Shown here: piece after piece, positions 32,422 through 49,675 of the stretch
Numbering within the stretch: the first letter of the stretch is position 1
Layout of the letters: every line of letters starts with the position of its first letter
Origin: Gonapodya sp. JEL0774
Taxonomy: Eukaryota
Direction of reading: 5' to 3'
NCBI GenBank assembly: GCA_027604505.1
Contig: JADIIX010000064.1
Location: 62,001-126,000 of the forward strand
Length of the DNA stretch: 64,000 nucleotides
Position numbers and translations under genes: made by a program
Notes under the pieces: generated by a model
Told to the model about the DNA's origin: nothing
Database searches by the model: none
What the model saw: the letters and a program-made list of their open reading frames with translations, nothing else

Positions 32422-35400
32422 ATGCGCTGGCACGCACAACTTCTCTCAGCTCATTCAGCGGATTCATCACCGTCGCTACTCCTCTCCTTCGACACTGCTC
32501 GCTATCTGTTTAACGCTGGAGAAGGAATTCAAAGGATCGCTATCTCGGAGCACAAAAAGAATCTGACAGGAAAACTAAGAAATGTATTCGTCACCAGGTT
32601 GGATTGGGGAGAGGCAGTTGGAGGCATCCCCGGTAAGTGTGAAGCTCACCTGGTGCCGGTAGAGCTCTTGGAATAACCGCGCTCGCTCATGTATTTTTCA
32701 TGGGATTCTTAAACTTTTAAAGGCCTCTTGCTGACTCTGGCTGCGGGCATTGAGCAACCAGCAAAACTACCAATCGAGAAGTTGAAGAGGAAAGCGGAAA
32801 CATCTCCTGCGATCCCCCGGAACACGTTCACCATTCATGGCCCAGAGAACGTCACAGATTTCTTTCTGTCGACCAGACACTTTGTTTACCGGTACGCTCA
32901 ATGATTAGCCCGTGGTTCACAGAAAACGTGTTTCAGTTCTGGTTTTCGACCTTAGATATACGGTAAACGTAAACACAAATGAGCTCAACAAGTTTAGAAG
33001 ATTTCTCGCTGTTTCTTCTGAGGATTCGTCATCGGGTTTCAAGACTGGAACTTCCTCCAACACTCAAATACCAAAACCTTTGGGTTCTTCAGAATCCGTC
33101 ATTTTCGAAGACAGCAATATCACTGTCAAGGCTTTTGAACTCCTTCCCAAAAGCTTTGTGGCAAACGAGAACGAGAATGAGGCCTTAGATGCTAAAACCA
33201 TCCACAGCGACACAGAGTTTCAAACTTTTGCGATGAAGAAATTGGGGATCTCACGCATGACCGGTGGGACTTCTACCTCTGAAAGTGGCCATGAAGGTGC
33301 TTCTCAAAAAAGAGCTCCCGGACAGGCTTCCGAAATGATGTGCGGTGGAGTGGAGAATCCGTCTTCAGAACCACCAAACCCTCCACCGGAAGTTTCATCC
33401 AAGTACCCAAACCATCAATCGCCTTTGGAGCTCGCTCAGTCTCTCTTCGTATCCCGCCAACATCCACAATACAATCAACGTGGGTACTTCCAGCAGACCA
33501 GCCCATGCCCTCCGTCCCCCCGGAAGCCATCCTCACTCGCGTACCTTGTTACCGCCGCGACCTACCCTGGGAAATTCGATGCAGAAGCGGCGCGGCGACT
33601 CGGCGTGGCTCCCGGTGAGGACTACAAGCGACTTCAAAAGGGAGAGTGTGTCAAAGTGCGGTTGGAAAATGGGAAGGCAGTGGAGTTTGTTCCCACCAAG
33701 GTGAAGCTTTCCAAGTCGGAAGCGAAAAAGAGAGCAGAGGAGGAGAAACAGAAGAAAGATGCGCCGTGGGGGGCTGAAGGCGTTGATTGGCGCTGGGTCC
33801 GGGCAGAAGAGGTTGTTGGGGAAAGCAGGGGTGGGGGCGTGAGTCTCCGTGTACCGTCTTTGCACGACCTGTTTCTCATGGCTAATTCTATTGCTCTAAG
33901 ATGCTGCTTTTAATCGACCTTCCTGCGACATCATACATCGACCCTCTCCTGTCTCATCCCGTCCTCTCTCCGATACTCAGCCATCCTCCTTCCAATCTCC
34001 ACGCCATTGTCCACTTCATACACCCTTCTGTGCTCGATGAGCCTCTTTATCAACAAACTGTGCGCCATCTTGCTGAAGTCTACCCCAACCTCCGAAATAT
34101 CATCTGCTCCCGCCGCTGGAGCCCCGGCGCTGTCACCTTTGGACGTGCTCAAGATATCGCATACAAGCTATCGCAATTAGATGACCAGGTATTTCGCCCC
34201 GCGTGGACGGAACCCGGTATCTCGAAGGAGGAGGAAGAGCGGGAGCTGGAAGCGCTTTTTGGACAAGGGGCTCTTGGAGCGATATCTATAGGAAAGCCTC
34301 TGTTAAAATTGAATATGGAGCCACCAGGGACATTTGATGAAACGGAGATTCCACGTTGGTTTAAGGAAGGTGTGGTCGGGCCTGAAATTGAGGAGCAAGT
34401 GGAGGAGTCCAAGGAAGCCATCAAGGCTTTTAAGGAGCAGTGCACAGAGTCCCAAACCCACAAGAATGTTGTTGAGAAGCTACAGAAGTTAAAACCTCCA
34501 CCTTTAGACAGAACCGATGAGTGGCAAACAATTAAGGAACTTGTGGTTGTTGCCCTGGGAACTGGTGCATCACTACCGTCAAAGTATCGGAATGGTGGGC
34601 TGAGCTCCCAATTGCTCTCTTTCCAGTACCCATGGCCAACACGTTTCCATCTGTCGTTCTAGTCTCTTCCACACTTCTAATTGTACCATCAACGTCGGGT
34701 CCTCCTTCAACGCACCTCTTTGATACAGGAGAAAATACATACGGCCAGATTTTGCGTCACTTCGGACCTGTGGAGACTACCCGTGTCTTGGCGAGTCTAC
34801 GGATGCTGTCAGTCAGCCACTTGCATGCAGATCATCACATGGGAATGGTCAGACTTCTTCGAGAGTTTCACCAAGTGATTACATTCTCTCTACTGCTCAG
34901 CTCGACTGCCAGAGCCGAAGTGATTTTGTGTGTTAGGTCAATCGCCAATCGAATACTCCACACCCGGTGTTCCTCGTGGCTCCTCGACGTTTTCAGAACT
35001 TCCTCGAAGATTACAACGAGGTTCAAGATCTTGGACTTGATAGTGTCGTCTTCATCTCCAATGAAGAAATTTCTGCAAGAGTTGGACCGGATGCCCGGAA
35101 ACGATTGTATGTCCAACTATCCTTGCAGTTATTCCTGTTGCCGATCGAAGCAATTGCAACGTCTTTTGCTTGCTTGTTTTCTTGTATAGATTGCATTCCA
35201 AAGGCTTCCGCGAGGGCACTGGCCTCACTGATATTGTTGCGGTTCCAGTGAAGCACTGTCCGTCTGCGTTTGCGATGGTAGTCAAGGGGGAGAGAGCCCA
35301 AATATTGGTCAATGATTCCGGGGAGCGCAACGCAGGCTTGATTCCGGGTGCATTCATGGGGGGTGTCCAGCCACTTCCATTTCTGGAGTCTCGTGAATTC

Positions 35401-36006
35401 AAGTTTGTGTTCTCCGGAGACTGTCGTCCAAGCGATCACCTTGCATACGTGGGTCGAGATGCGACCGTGCTTGTCCACGAGGCGACTTTCGAAGATGCAC
35501 TTATCGAAGAGGCGATCGAAAAGTCCCATTGTACGGTTGGGGAAGCGGTGCAGGTTGCAGAAAAGTGAGTGGACGCATTTGGGGAATCTGCCGACTGATC
35601 CGCGGCACAAACAAAGTTCCTTTCTTTGACCAGAATGGCAGCACGAAATCTCCTTCTGACGCACTTCTCACAGCGATACCCGAAAGTACCTACGATAGCC
35701 GTACATCACGCTGACTTTTCTCCCATGACTGGTGTGGCCTTTGATATGATGAGAGTACGAGTCTCAGACTTTTCCCGACTTGAAAAGATGATGAAAGGAG
35801 GCTACCTTGACAAACTGGTTGGGGAGGAGAAATCGGGTGATGCAGATGAGTTTGTGGAAGCGGAGGATGACGTGGCTAACGATACAGGAACTGCAGAGGG
35901 AGATAAGGACTTAACCAGGGGTTTGGACCGAGTTAGTGTAGCAGATCATGGTTTGCCCCATGAGAAGAAGCGGAAGATCCAGGGTTCTCCTGGAGTGGGT
36001 AAATAA
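32422..36006 (+). CDS. TRZ1: Long-form ribonuclease Z (tRNase ZL, ELAC2/Trz1)
   Basis: RYLFNAGEGIQR, GKFDAEAARRLGV (flexible arm), LGTGASLPSKYRN, SHLHADHH, FSGDCRP, LVHEATF, LTHFSQRYPK. Confidence 0.93.
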
Positions 36007-36073
36007 TTTCGCGTCCCACAGCCATGCCTACCACAGCCCTCGTCGCTTTTTTAGAACAAGCTGTATTTTGTCG

Positions 36074-38871
36074 ATGAGCGAAGATCGGCCCCGTCGTCAT
36101 CATAGACGCAGTCGACGTCGAGGATCATACCGACATCTTCCCCTCATTGCTGCGATTCTCCTAACTCTCTCTCTTGTCCTCCACGGATTCTCATTTTCTG
36201 GAGTGCAGTGGGTCGTTCCTGTTCCAAAAACTGCCGAAGTTCCCGGTGGACAATCTGATGATGCTCTTGGAGAACTGGGTGTCCTGGACTCGATTAAGGT
36301 GGCGAATGAATCGGTTCAAGGAAGCTTGGTGAGGAAGAGGGGGAACAATGGGAACGAGACTATGCCCGAAGCACTAGGTCAGCCATTCACATTGGAGAAT
36401 AATGTCACTGCAGTCTCTGAAACGCAATCGACAAACAACGAGGAGGGAGTCCCCACAACGGATTTCGCAAACTCCATCTCCGCGATCGAATCAGACGCAC
36501 CCAAAGGTTTCGATAAGCATTGGACAGTATGGCTTGTACAAGTAACGGCTCTCTTTGGTGGTGTTGGTGCTTGCTACGCAATGTATCAGCGCATGCGTGG
36601 TGCTGAGGTACTCAAATTCACCAAGTACACTATTTATGGATCCGTGTTTCAGGGTGAGTCGAGTACTATGGAGAAAATGGATAATGAAGGAGGCAAGGAT
36701 ATCCCTCGTTATAACACGTTCCTTTCTTTCGACAGGTTCCGTTCTCGCCCTCCTTCTCCTCGTCTTCACTCTCACCAACCCACTTCCTCCCTCCGACGAA
36801 CTTCAGTACTCTGAAGGCTACTATACATCTCTTCAGTCTTGTGTGCTCAGCTTGGCGGCTGCAACCGCATTGGGCTTAGACTGGATTTGGACAGAGCAGT
36901 TTGAAGAAAATGGGAGTGGCTTGAGTAGGGCACAAGGGAGACTGGCTGTCATGGTCGCGTGGACAGTGGTGAGCTCCTGCAAACTTGTGTTGATGCTTTC
37001 CGCTTGTTACTGGTGTAACGCAAACGTTCTCGAACCGATAGCTCTACACTTCGTTGCTATCCCTAGTTTATCACCTTCTGGAAGGATGGCCATACCCCCT
37101 CTCTTTGTTTTTTGTCCTTTCAACTATCACAACAATAGGATTCGGCCTTCCAAGCCCTTCTTCGACGGTCGCTCGTGTACTCACCATTCCCATCGGCACA
37201 GTGGGAGTTGCTCTCATGGGTTATACAGTCTCCCATACTGTGGAGGTCATTCAGGAGGGAGTCAGGGAGGGTGTGCGGCTGCGGTGGAAAGCAAGAAGGT
37301 CGGACGGAGAATACGTGCGCGTGTCCGGGCGAACTCCAGAGGAAGAAGCGATCGCGAGAGCTGGGGGGGGATGGTTGAAGCGAACCACTCGGACTCTGAA
37401 ATCTGGGTGGAGGAAGTTTGTCAACTCGTTTACTCGCCCCGCAGACTACAACGCGACTGGAGGAGCAGTATTCACTGCCGAGGCTGACTTTACTGTCGAT
37501 GGGGATGGCGATGAAGAGGTTGGTGTCGTGGTCATGGACGCAACATTCTCCAATTCTGCATATGCACAAGTAGCTTCAGGAGATTCAGTCAGTGGATCGT
37601 CTTGGATTAAAAAGTCCTGGACACAGCTAGTAGGGAAGCATTCGTTTGGAGGCAGGCCGTTGGAGATGGTGGATACCAGGAGCAGAGATGGTTTTGAGCC
37701 GGTTGGACTGAAACCCGCTCATTTGGCAAGCGCAGAAAATGGAGAGATGATCTCTCAGGAGACTCTGGTGGACGTGATGGCACCGGAAGTGGGAGCAGAC
37801 CTTCCCTCAAAGCGCCCTTCGCATCCGCCCCATTTGCTGGCCTCGCTGTTCGCTTTACTCGCTCTCCTTCTTTCTACTGCCTATGTGTTCTCGCAGTATG
37901 AGGACTGGCCTTACTTGGATTCCCTCTACTTCGTTTGGGCCAGCTTTCTTACTATCGGATATGGAGACATCGTGCCCCGTACAGCCGGCGGTTTGGCTTT
38001 CTTCAATGTCGTAGTCGGCGCTGCAATTGGTTTGGTAACATGGGCCGGAAGTTTGCTATCGCTTTGGTGGGATGGCAGTTGGGAGGACAAAGAAAGGAAG
38101 CACGAATTAGCTCATACTCGAGCGAAAGACCGGAGAACGAAACGGGGGCATCAAGACGAGCCTCATGTTTTGGTTGCCAAATGGACTTTGGCTACATTAC
38201 GGGACGGACCACTTGGAGACGAAAACGATGACAGTTCGATTGCATCAAGTGATGAAGAGGAAGAAGAAGGCGACTCGGGGGAGGGCGTTTCAGTCGACAA
38301 AAGTCCCATAACAGTGGCAAAATTTTCAGTTCGCGAAATTTGGAAGGATTTAGAACAGTTGGAGGCAGTGCTGAACTCTACCGTCGTAATTAGTAGGGAC
38401 GCGCCCTCCTATCTGCAGTGTGCAGGACTTCTCGAGGACGCAAAGCGTTTCTTGAGTCGTGCCAGAGATGCGCTTGAGCGTCCAACGACCACAGAAAATT
38501 TGCACTCAAATGATGGACGGGTCTCTGACACTGCGACGCAAAGGGAGTCGCACACGTCCGGTCTGTACATTGGGCCAAGCGAAATGGAGGAGACCACCAC
38601 CACTCTACCGACCCTTGCCCCACCACCTCCACCACCAACTCCAAGGCGGGGAACAGCCGAAGAGCTATGCGGCGATGATGGAGGCGATGAACTCACGTCA
38701 GAGTATGTGTCTTCTTCGTGGGTCTCACCTGCAAGAGATGACGATCGAAAATTGGAAGAGATTGATAGAGAGGGCGAAGAGCTGGAAGAAGCACTGAAGC
38801 CGCTCGGAACTGCCACTAGTTGTGGATGGGGTGATAACGAAGGGGATGGGAGTCCGGGTCGTGGGGACTAA
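36074..38871 (+). CDS. TOK1: TOK-type two-pore-domain outward-rectifier K+ channel (8 TM)
   Basis: Four N-terminal TMs, YSEGY, GSGLSRAQ, pore 1 TTIGFG and pore 2 LTIGYGD; two introns. Confidence 0.85.
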
Positions 38872-39012
38872 GAGTGTGGTCATTCTCAGAGTTATTGCTC
38901 TAATTTGTAGATGAAGCGATTAAGGTACTGTCATATAGGTAATAAGACTGAGTGAAAAGTCTATTATATCGTAACGAGGTAGTTCAAAAATGGCTTAGGG
39001 CGGCCATTAGTC

Positions 39013-40612
39013 CTAATCAGAAAAATCCCCCTTGGAAGGGGGGTCTGGATTGACTGCAAGCAAGTGCTTGCCGACGTCCGAAACAATCTGAACCACTTCC
39101 CATTTCTGCCATGCCCTTGCCGGCGCCACCACATTTCGCTCCACATACCAACCGGGCCGTCGAGGGTCTTCAATCGAGTACGTCACAAAAAACCAAGGGT
39201 CAGACGGTGGATACACCGGAAGTGGTGCGGATACGGAAACTGGGAAGCCGGATAGTTCTCGATGAGTAAATGGAAGCGCAGGTGGAGCTGGAACTCGTTC
39301 CAAGACAATGGCCGTGCTTGCATCTGCGTGGAGTACAAGCCGACCGGCAGAAAGGCCAGAATTTGATCTGAGAGGAGGAGGACCATTTTCGCTCCACTTA
39401 CAGACTCATGGTCAGTAAGATCTGATCACTCACTCCTCAATCATGCGGAGCACAAACGCTCTTTCTCTCGATTCCTCCATCGGAACGGAAAGCGGCTCAA
39501 CGAATTTGCACTCAAAATTCTGAACTATTCCTTCACGCGTCCACTCAGCTCCCATGGAATCGAACTCCCGGACATGGTGAATCCGATCCTCATAGATCGT
39601 CAAGTTTGTCGCCCGAGGAAAGTGCTGGAGAAGAGCTAGTAGGAAAGAGCGCTTGAATGCTAGCGTAGACATCCAGCGGGATTTAGAGTTTTCGTGCAAT
39701 GGGTGGTGGTAAGTGAGCTGCCCAGATGGAGGGGCGATGGCTTTTGCGAGAGCCGGAGGCTCGAAAGGGAGAGTCCAAGAGCCTATCAGGCAATTCAGCG
39801 GAGAGGTGTACCATGTTCTAGAAGGAATGAATTCCGAAGGCGGCTAACTCACCCGTTGCAACATCATTGGTGGGTTTGGATCCCAAAATGTCAAAAGGTA
39901 GGCGATGGGATTCGCACATGCTGCGAAGTGTCTGACCGAGAAAAAGATATTTAGAAGCAAGCAGCTTCTTGCAAAGAAACGTCCATTTCAAACGAGACCT
40001 GACTACTAGTGTAGTCATGTGGCCCGCACAATGATTATTGTGATGCGTGGATTGTTCAACAAAATTCGGTGGAAGGCCACCTTGTGATATCGAAATGCGA
40101 CACCCCTCTCAATAATTGGAAACCGAATTCGTCAACACCGCCCTGTTTTCTACTTATAGTAGACTCACCTGACTGAATTTCATGTAACTCCGTCCCGTCA
40201 GAAGAACTGTCACCGCAGTAGGGTCAGCCGCGGATGCTCGGATCGTGTCGCATATGGGTTCGTTCCATCGTCCTGCCCAGCCTGACGCCTCAGCTTCAGA
40301 ACCGAGATCAAGAGAGCGAGGATCTGTCCACCTAAATGTGTGGAGTGCAAGAGTGACTGTGTTGGAGTGATGATGTCTCCAGAGAGTGATAAGGTTCTAC
40401 CATCCGATTCCTGGAGCGTGAGCGCCCGTTAAAAGCTTCAGAATTGAGCTATGCCAAATTTTGGGAGAGGGAAGCGGGCTTGCGAATATGGTATTGTCGA
40501 AATCAACTGGTTGTTTCAATCAGTATCATGATCGATTTTGCGCAGCCATCACGGAGGATGCAGAACACGAACAGACGTTTATTCTCCGGATCTGCAGAGA
40601 TGCGGATGACAT
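39013..40612 (-). CDS. HAD-superfamily 'Swiss Army Knife' RNA-repair-like (HAD_SAK_1) protein, multi-exon
   Basis: Spliced translation: INVFDFDNTIFASP, GWWTDPRSL, GRWNE, TVLLTGRS, TLAFKRSFL, IYEDRIHHVREF. Mostly invisible in the ORF track; the last exon is uncertain. Confidence 0.8.
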
Positions 40613-40764
40613 CGCTCGGGTTCGAGTGCAGTGAGACACTTTTTTGAGTTGTGGAAGGTTGATCCCCCCCCCCCTCCAATGACACGATGAAAATGCATAA
40701 CGCCTTGTGCTGTGTTGAAAACTCTCTCCCACCAGATCCGTAACCTAAAGTCACACGACTGACG

Positions 40765-42284
40765 ATGCTTCCATCACGTCCTGGCGTAATAGGGAATTTT
40801 TCCTCTTTGCGATCCGCGGCAGCATCTGCCTGCGTTTCGGCGGTGGGAACTGGACCGGGGCCATCGCCGAACGGAGGGAGGCTTTTCGCGTCTGCAGTAC
40901 ACGGTAAGTGTCAAAGTGATGCTCTGGGAGTTTTGCAACTGAGAAGTCGTTGAATGGGAGGTGCGGCGTCTTGAGCCTGATGGACTTCTGCAAATTTCTT
41001 CACCTCATAAAAGACGCTCTGGCGATCGTCCATTTTCCATCTTCCCCGGTATCACCTGCAATAACACTCGATCAAAGCTCTGGTTTTGCTGGCCTAACTT
41101 TCTCGATCCCAACAGCGGCCCAGCCAACCGAGGGAGCTCCTCTTCCAACAATTCCAAGCCCCGAGTTGACAACCGACGATCCATTTATAAGAAAATACCA
41201 GAGCAAACTCCAACAAAAGCTGAGAGAGTGAGATCTCGTTTTCAGCCCTCTTTGATTCCCTTCGAGAGCTTCGAGGGTTGGACTGATTATCTGTCCAGTC
41301 AAGGATTCTCCTCAATCGACGATTATCGCACCAAAATGAACCTGCGCCGTGGATACGCAACCTCCGCGATCCCGCCTACACCACCAACACCAGCACCGTC
41401 TACGACTTCGTCCCCCTCCTCTGTACAGGACTTACCAACCAAAACACCGGAGTCTGTGAAATCCGAACCAGGCTCAGAAGCGTGGCGCAGCTACCAACCT
41501 GATCCTGTCCCTGCTATTGTCAAGGTATAATGCGCACAGGACTTCTTTATATGTCCCTGCCTCCGGACTATTGTCGACTAACCTTAGTTGCTCCTCCCAG
41601 CCCCTCTCTTCCATTCTCAACCTCGAAAAGGCATCCCAGCTCTCGTCTGAAGAGCTTGGAAAGTTGTGGAAAGCTTACTTCTCTCGCAAAGAAGGAACAC
41701 TGTTTGCTGTTGTTCCGTCGGAGGTGTACTCGAAAATGATGAAGCGTGGGAAGCAATATTCTTTGGTGAGTCAGAATCGAGCGACCGTGTCACAAACATT
41801 TTCGAAGAGGACCTCAATTTATGGCCTAACTCCGACTATCCAAAACCGTTATGTTCACGTAATCTGCGATAAATGAAACCTCTGCAAGTTCCTACTCCCT
41901 GTACCCCGCGATAACTCTGGATTTGAGTTCTTCCTCTGTCAATTTCAACCGCCACTTATCCACTTCACCACTCTTGCCTCATTCCAGCGGCAGCTCAAGG
42001 CGACGCCTTCGGCTCCTGCCGTACCATATCTCACCTTGACCCACTACCCCGATCTCTACCACAGCCATGGAATCGCACTCATGAAAGGTGAAGTGGATCA
42101 AGCAGCGTGTGAGAGGGATGGTGTGGCTCTGAACGCAGATGACGCCCGAGTTCTTGCCTGGGGTGTGCAGCAATTCTACGCAACTGGTGGGACGAGAAAG
42201 TTGCGGTTAGTAGAAATATTTCACAAAGATCCTGCCGGTTTCAACTACCAAGATGTGGTAGACGAGATGGACAGGCTAGAATGA
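40765..42284 (+). CDS. ATP11: Mitochondrial F1-ATPase assembly chaperone Atp11 (ATPAF1)
   Basis: KYQSKLQQK, LSSILNLEK, LWKAYF, FLLPVPR..GFEFFLCQF, LTLTHYPDL...GIALMKGEV, VQQFY, FHKDPAGFNY; presequence-like N-terminus. Confidence 0.88.
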
Positions 42285-42381
42285 AATAATGCACTGCACA
42301 CAGAAAGTCACTCATTGAAATGAGATTTGCTATTTCCAAAGTCTAAACTCAAGGACCTGCTGGTACATGCATGCACACTTC

Positions 42382-45838
<3,457 letters not shown>

Positions 45839-47046
45839 GCTGAGACCGAGTTGAATGAGCTGCGGTAAAAAGACAGAGCGCGAGAAGCGTCGAGTGTTTT
45901 GAGAGACGCCGGCTGATGATGGGGAAGTGCTGTTTTGAAGAGGGTGCTTGCGCAACACACTCAAAGTCAGCACAGCTTTCATACAAATCTAGTCGCTTCT
46001 TCCCCTTTCTACGCTACGGTAAAAGTAAAGCAAACCCATCTACCTACGAAGAACTTCACGAAAATACATTTTCTTTCGGAACAGATTGGTGTGATACATT
46101 TTTACACTTTCTGGCACTAATTGACTCGCAGCTGCCGACTGCTTTCAGTCACCAGAAAGACTACCTCGTGGAACCCGACGGTGGAGAAGCTGCTGTGAAT
46201 GTCAGCAAACTCCAACCACTCTTCCTTGCGGTGGACCAGGTGTGGGGAAATTCCCACATCGGAGGACAGAAGCAACGAGAGATAAACTCCCTGTCCTTCG
46301 TGTTACCCCAACAGCATCGTTTGAGGATAAGGATCTACAACTGGTTGAAGAGCGCACTCGCTTCCAAGACGGCCTTGATCGCTTTTCTAATCGTGTACCT
46401 ACTACCTCAGTACCTAGTACAACCACGATGACGTGAAGCCTCAAGAAGTCGAAGGCTCTTTTATTCCCAGATCCGGGAAAAACGATCCTTCCAGGTCTTC
46501 CAATCGTTGCAAACGCTTCACGTTGTTGTCCCACAGTCTTCAGTAACTGGTTTAGGAAAGTTGTGAAGCCACTGCCGGGCAAGAATGATGGCACTCTTCA
46601 TCACCAATTGTATATGCTGATGATCCCACCCACACTACCACCACATATCATGTGTGGATCTCCAACATCAACCTCAATCTTGCTCATCACTACTCATAGT
46701 GGCACGACTGTTCCACAAAACTCTGCAGCGCTTGAGTCTACGTTCGCGTCTTCTGAGGCACGTGCTCATTTTCTTCTTTGACTATGTATGGTGATACACT
46801 CGAGCTCATTGGAATAGCAATAATGTTTCTTTTGACATGGACATGGTCGAAGGATTCCAGTTACAATTTACTGCCTGAACTCACTCTTTCCTTCTTCTTC
46901 TTTCTCGTCTTGTATGGTCTGCAACTGATCTGATTCGGACCCACGATAGGTTTTCAGATTATTGGCAGATCGAAATTGTATTTGAAACTACACAGAAAGT
47001 TCCCTGACGCATAAAATGTCACTTTGCCTACAATTACTGCTGCTCC

Positions 47047-48181
47047 TCACAACTTCATCTCCAGGAACCAAGAATACAGAGACTTCCACTTGTTCGTTGC
47101 GTCTTTATCGATGATTTCCCCATGGCATGGGACGATTATTTCCGGTTTCCTGGTTGAATGCATACATAAATGGGCTCTATCGCTGGAGCGGATACACCCA
47201 GACAAAGCTGCAAACTCACCATTCCTCGGCAACAAGCTTTGCCGCAAGAGCAAGATCTTTCCGATCTTTCGCCGTGTACCAGAGGAAAGCCTGAGGCAAA
47301 GGCAACGCATGAGAGGCTTTCCTTTTCCTGACTTGAGGTTCCATGAAGTTACTTGCCTTGTGACCCCAGCTATCAACACTAAGCGCCCCTGCCGCCATGC
47401 GCTGGAAGAAGGTCGGATGTTGTTTTGGCGCAAGGCTAAATTGCTCGGTTGCGGGAAGATTGAAGACCATGTCTGCCGGACACCAAACGATTGAGAGTTT
47501 GTGACGAGAATGATCACGCATTTACTCACCGGCTGTGAGCAAGCACTTCGTAGGCTTGTGGAAGATCAATACATCTCGGTTCACGAACCCAGGGCAGTAT
47601 CGGAATGCGAACTGATGTCGAGATGTTATGAACACAAACTGAACCCTGTTTGCGTTCGAATGGCTCACCTCCTCCTCAAAGCCATACTTCTTGTCTGCTG
47701 GGTCTTCTCCGAAAATGCCCGACCATTCGAATTCGGGTTTCCCCTTTGAATGCAGTAGTTCTGTCATCTGCTTCCTCAGTCCATTCACCCCAATGACCTT
47801 TGCTTCCGGGTAAGCTTCTTTCCAATTTGGAGCGTAAAGATAGTGTTCAATGTCCGGTAGAATCAAGTACTTGACTGTCCCCAGCTTATCGGCCGCTTCC
47901 TTAGTCTTCAAAGGCAACAATGTCACATGCACAGCAACTGGCCGCTTGACCATCTGACCGAGACTCACCGGCCCATCAAGCACAGTGGGGCTAAAAACCA
48001 AGACATCTCCTGAAGCCATCTTCACTGCTGTACAACGTGCACCGATCGCTGTCCCGCCAGGAGGACGAAGAAACGGTCGGGCGATAGTGAGTATGGTCGG
48101 GGTCAGCGATCTGATGATGGGGGCGACCCCATCAAATTGAGCGTTCAGAGAAAGAGCTGGGGAGGTATGTACAGGCGTCAT
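47047..48181 (-). CDS. DUF4336 metallo-beta-lactamase-fold protein, multi-exon
   Basis: IGARCTAVKMASGDVLVFSP, VKYLILPDIEHYLY..WKEAYPEAKVIG, DVLIFHKPTKCLLTAD, IIVPCHGE. Confidence 0.8.
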
Positions 48182-48423
48182 TCTCGCTTGTGAGTAAAAC
48201 GACAAAGTTTCTCGGATGTGTCGCCCTCAGACTGACTGTGTGTAGAATGATGATGACTGTTCAAGTTTCTGCAACGTCACTCCAAGAGCATACGACAATG
48301 TCGTGTTACATCATATGATATGTACGTCAGAAATTAATGTGAGTCGTATTAATTGTAATGATGTGACGAGACATGATAGAATCATACATTACACAATCTA
48401 TTCTATATGTGTGTTCCATGCAT

Positions 48424-49525
48424 TTATCCCGCCTTACGTGACCTTTTCACGCTCTCAATTTCCTCCTTCAATTTCCAGAAGATGTCATTGTCAAACTGAT
48501 AGTCCAAAGTCCCACCGTACTTAATCTCGAGTTGGTCTGCATCAATGAGCTCCAGAATCTCCTTCTCGTTCCCCGTGACCTTCTCCGACCCTCCACCAGT
48601 TGAAATAAAAGATATTTTCGACGCTGTAACGGGGTCAAGGAACGGTTTGACAAGCTGCAAGTGGATACGACGAAGTGCCACATTGTGAGGAGGAGTCACA
48701 CCGGCACTGACGCAGAGAAAGCTGAGCTTACACTCCACAAAGTTCCAAATATCCACGGTGCATCGACCATGAAGCATTTTCCGAGACGCTCAGGATAGTG
48801 ATTTGTGAGGTAGCTCAGCGTGTCCATCGTCACACTCGAGGGAGGGCGATTCGCCCAGGTGTATTCCCGCATGTCTTTGGTCATTATAGATATAGTTTTG
48901 TATATTTGTTTCGAACTGTGACATATTGGGAAACATGGAACTCACCCATAATGATGCACATTTGCCCGACACCTGAACAAGAGAATTGAGGTGTATCCTT
49001 GAGTGCAATGCCTCACGAGTCGCAATAACAAAGCTTCGCGTACTCACCATCGGGCATGAGATTGATTGCGTATTCGGTGAGGGCCATCAAGAGACGGACG
49101 TTGAGATACGGATCTTTGACGATTCCACGCTTTTTGAGATACATAATTGGTCGATTGTGTTTGTCAAACCCGCAAAGGTAATTATTTCCAGAGCTTTCCT
49201 GTTCGACTTCCTCTTTTGTCACTGTATGTGGTTTGTACGTGACAAATCGCCATTCCAGAGTTGCCTTTAGCATTGCCTCCGATTTTGAGAGGTTGAAGTT
49301 GCGAGCTCGCAAATATCGGATAACACAACTGGTGTCGCAAAAGTCTTTGAGCTCTTCTAAGTTGACCTCGGAGTGGGAAGCATGAAACTCGTCCAGTATT
49401 TTGGGGAGTACTTGAGATTCGAACTCCTCCAATCGTACCAGTTGCAAATCGGACAAGCCAGTTTTGGGATCGAACTTGCCGTCTGAGACAAAATTCTTCG
49501 GTACGGTGATCGGTATCGATGTCAT
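48424..49525 (-). CDS. Sec14/CRAL-TRIO lipid-transfer protein (Pdr16/17-like)
   Basis: RYLRARNFN...LKATLEWR, GFDKHNRPIMY, HYPERLG, VKPFLDPVTASKI, LEIKYGG. Confidence 0.9.
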
Positions 49526-49675
49526 GGGTGATTGGCGGGAGAGGATATGGGGACGATAACAAAAGTGTGCGGAATATGTGGGGCAGTTCATTTCTCGAGA
49601 TTTACCCGTCGGCAAGTAACCAGGAAGGAGCACGCAGCTACTTGCTCTGCGGCATCGCCACCCATCACACCAGCG

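Noticed and set aside
45916..46930. Possible gene or degenerate element between CDC48 and DUF4336
   Set aside because: Short ORFs on both strands with no recognisable motif, consistent splice model or terminal repeats.
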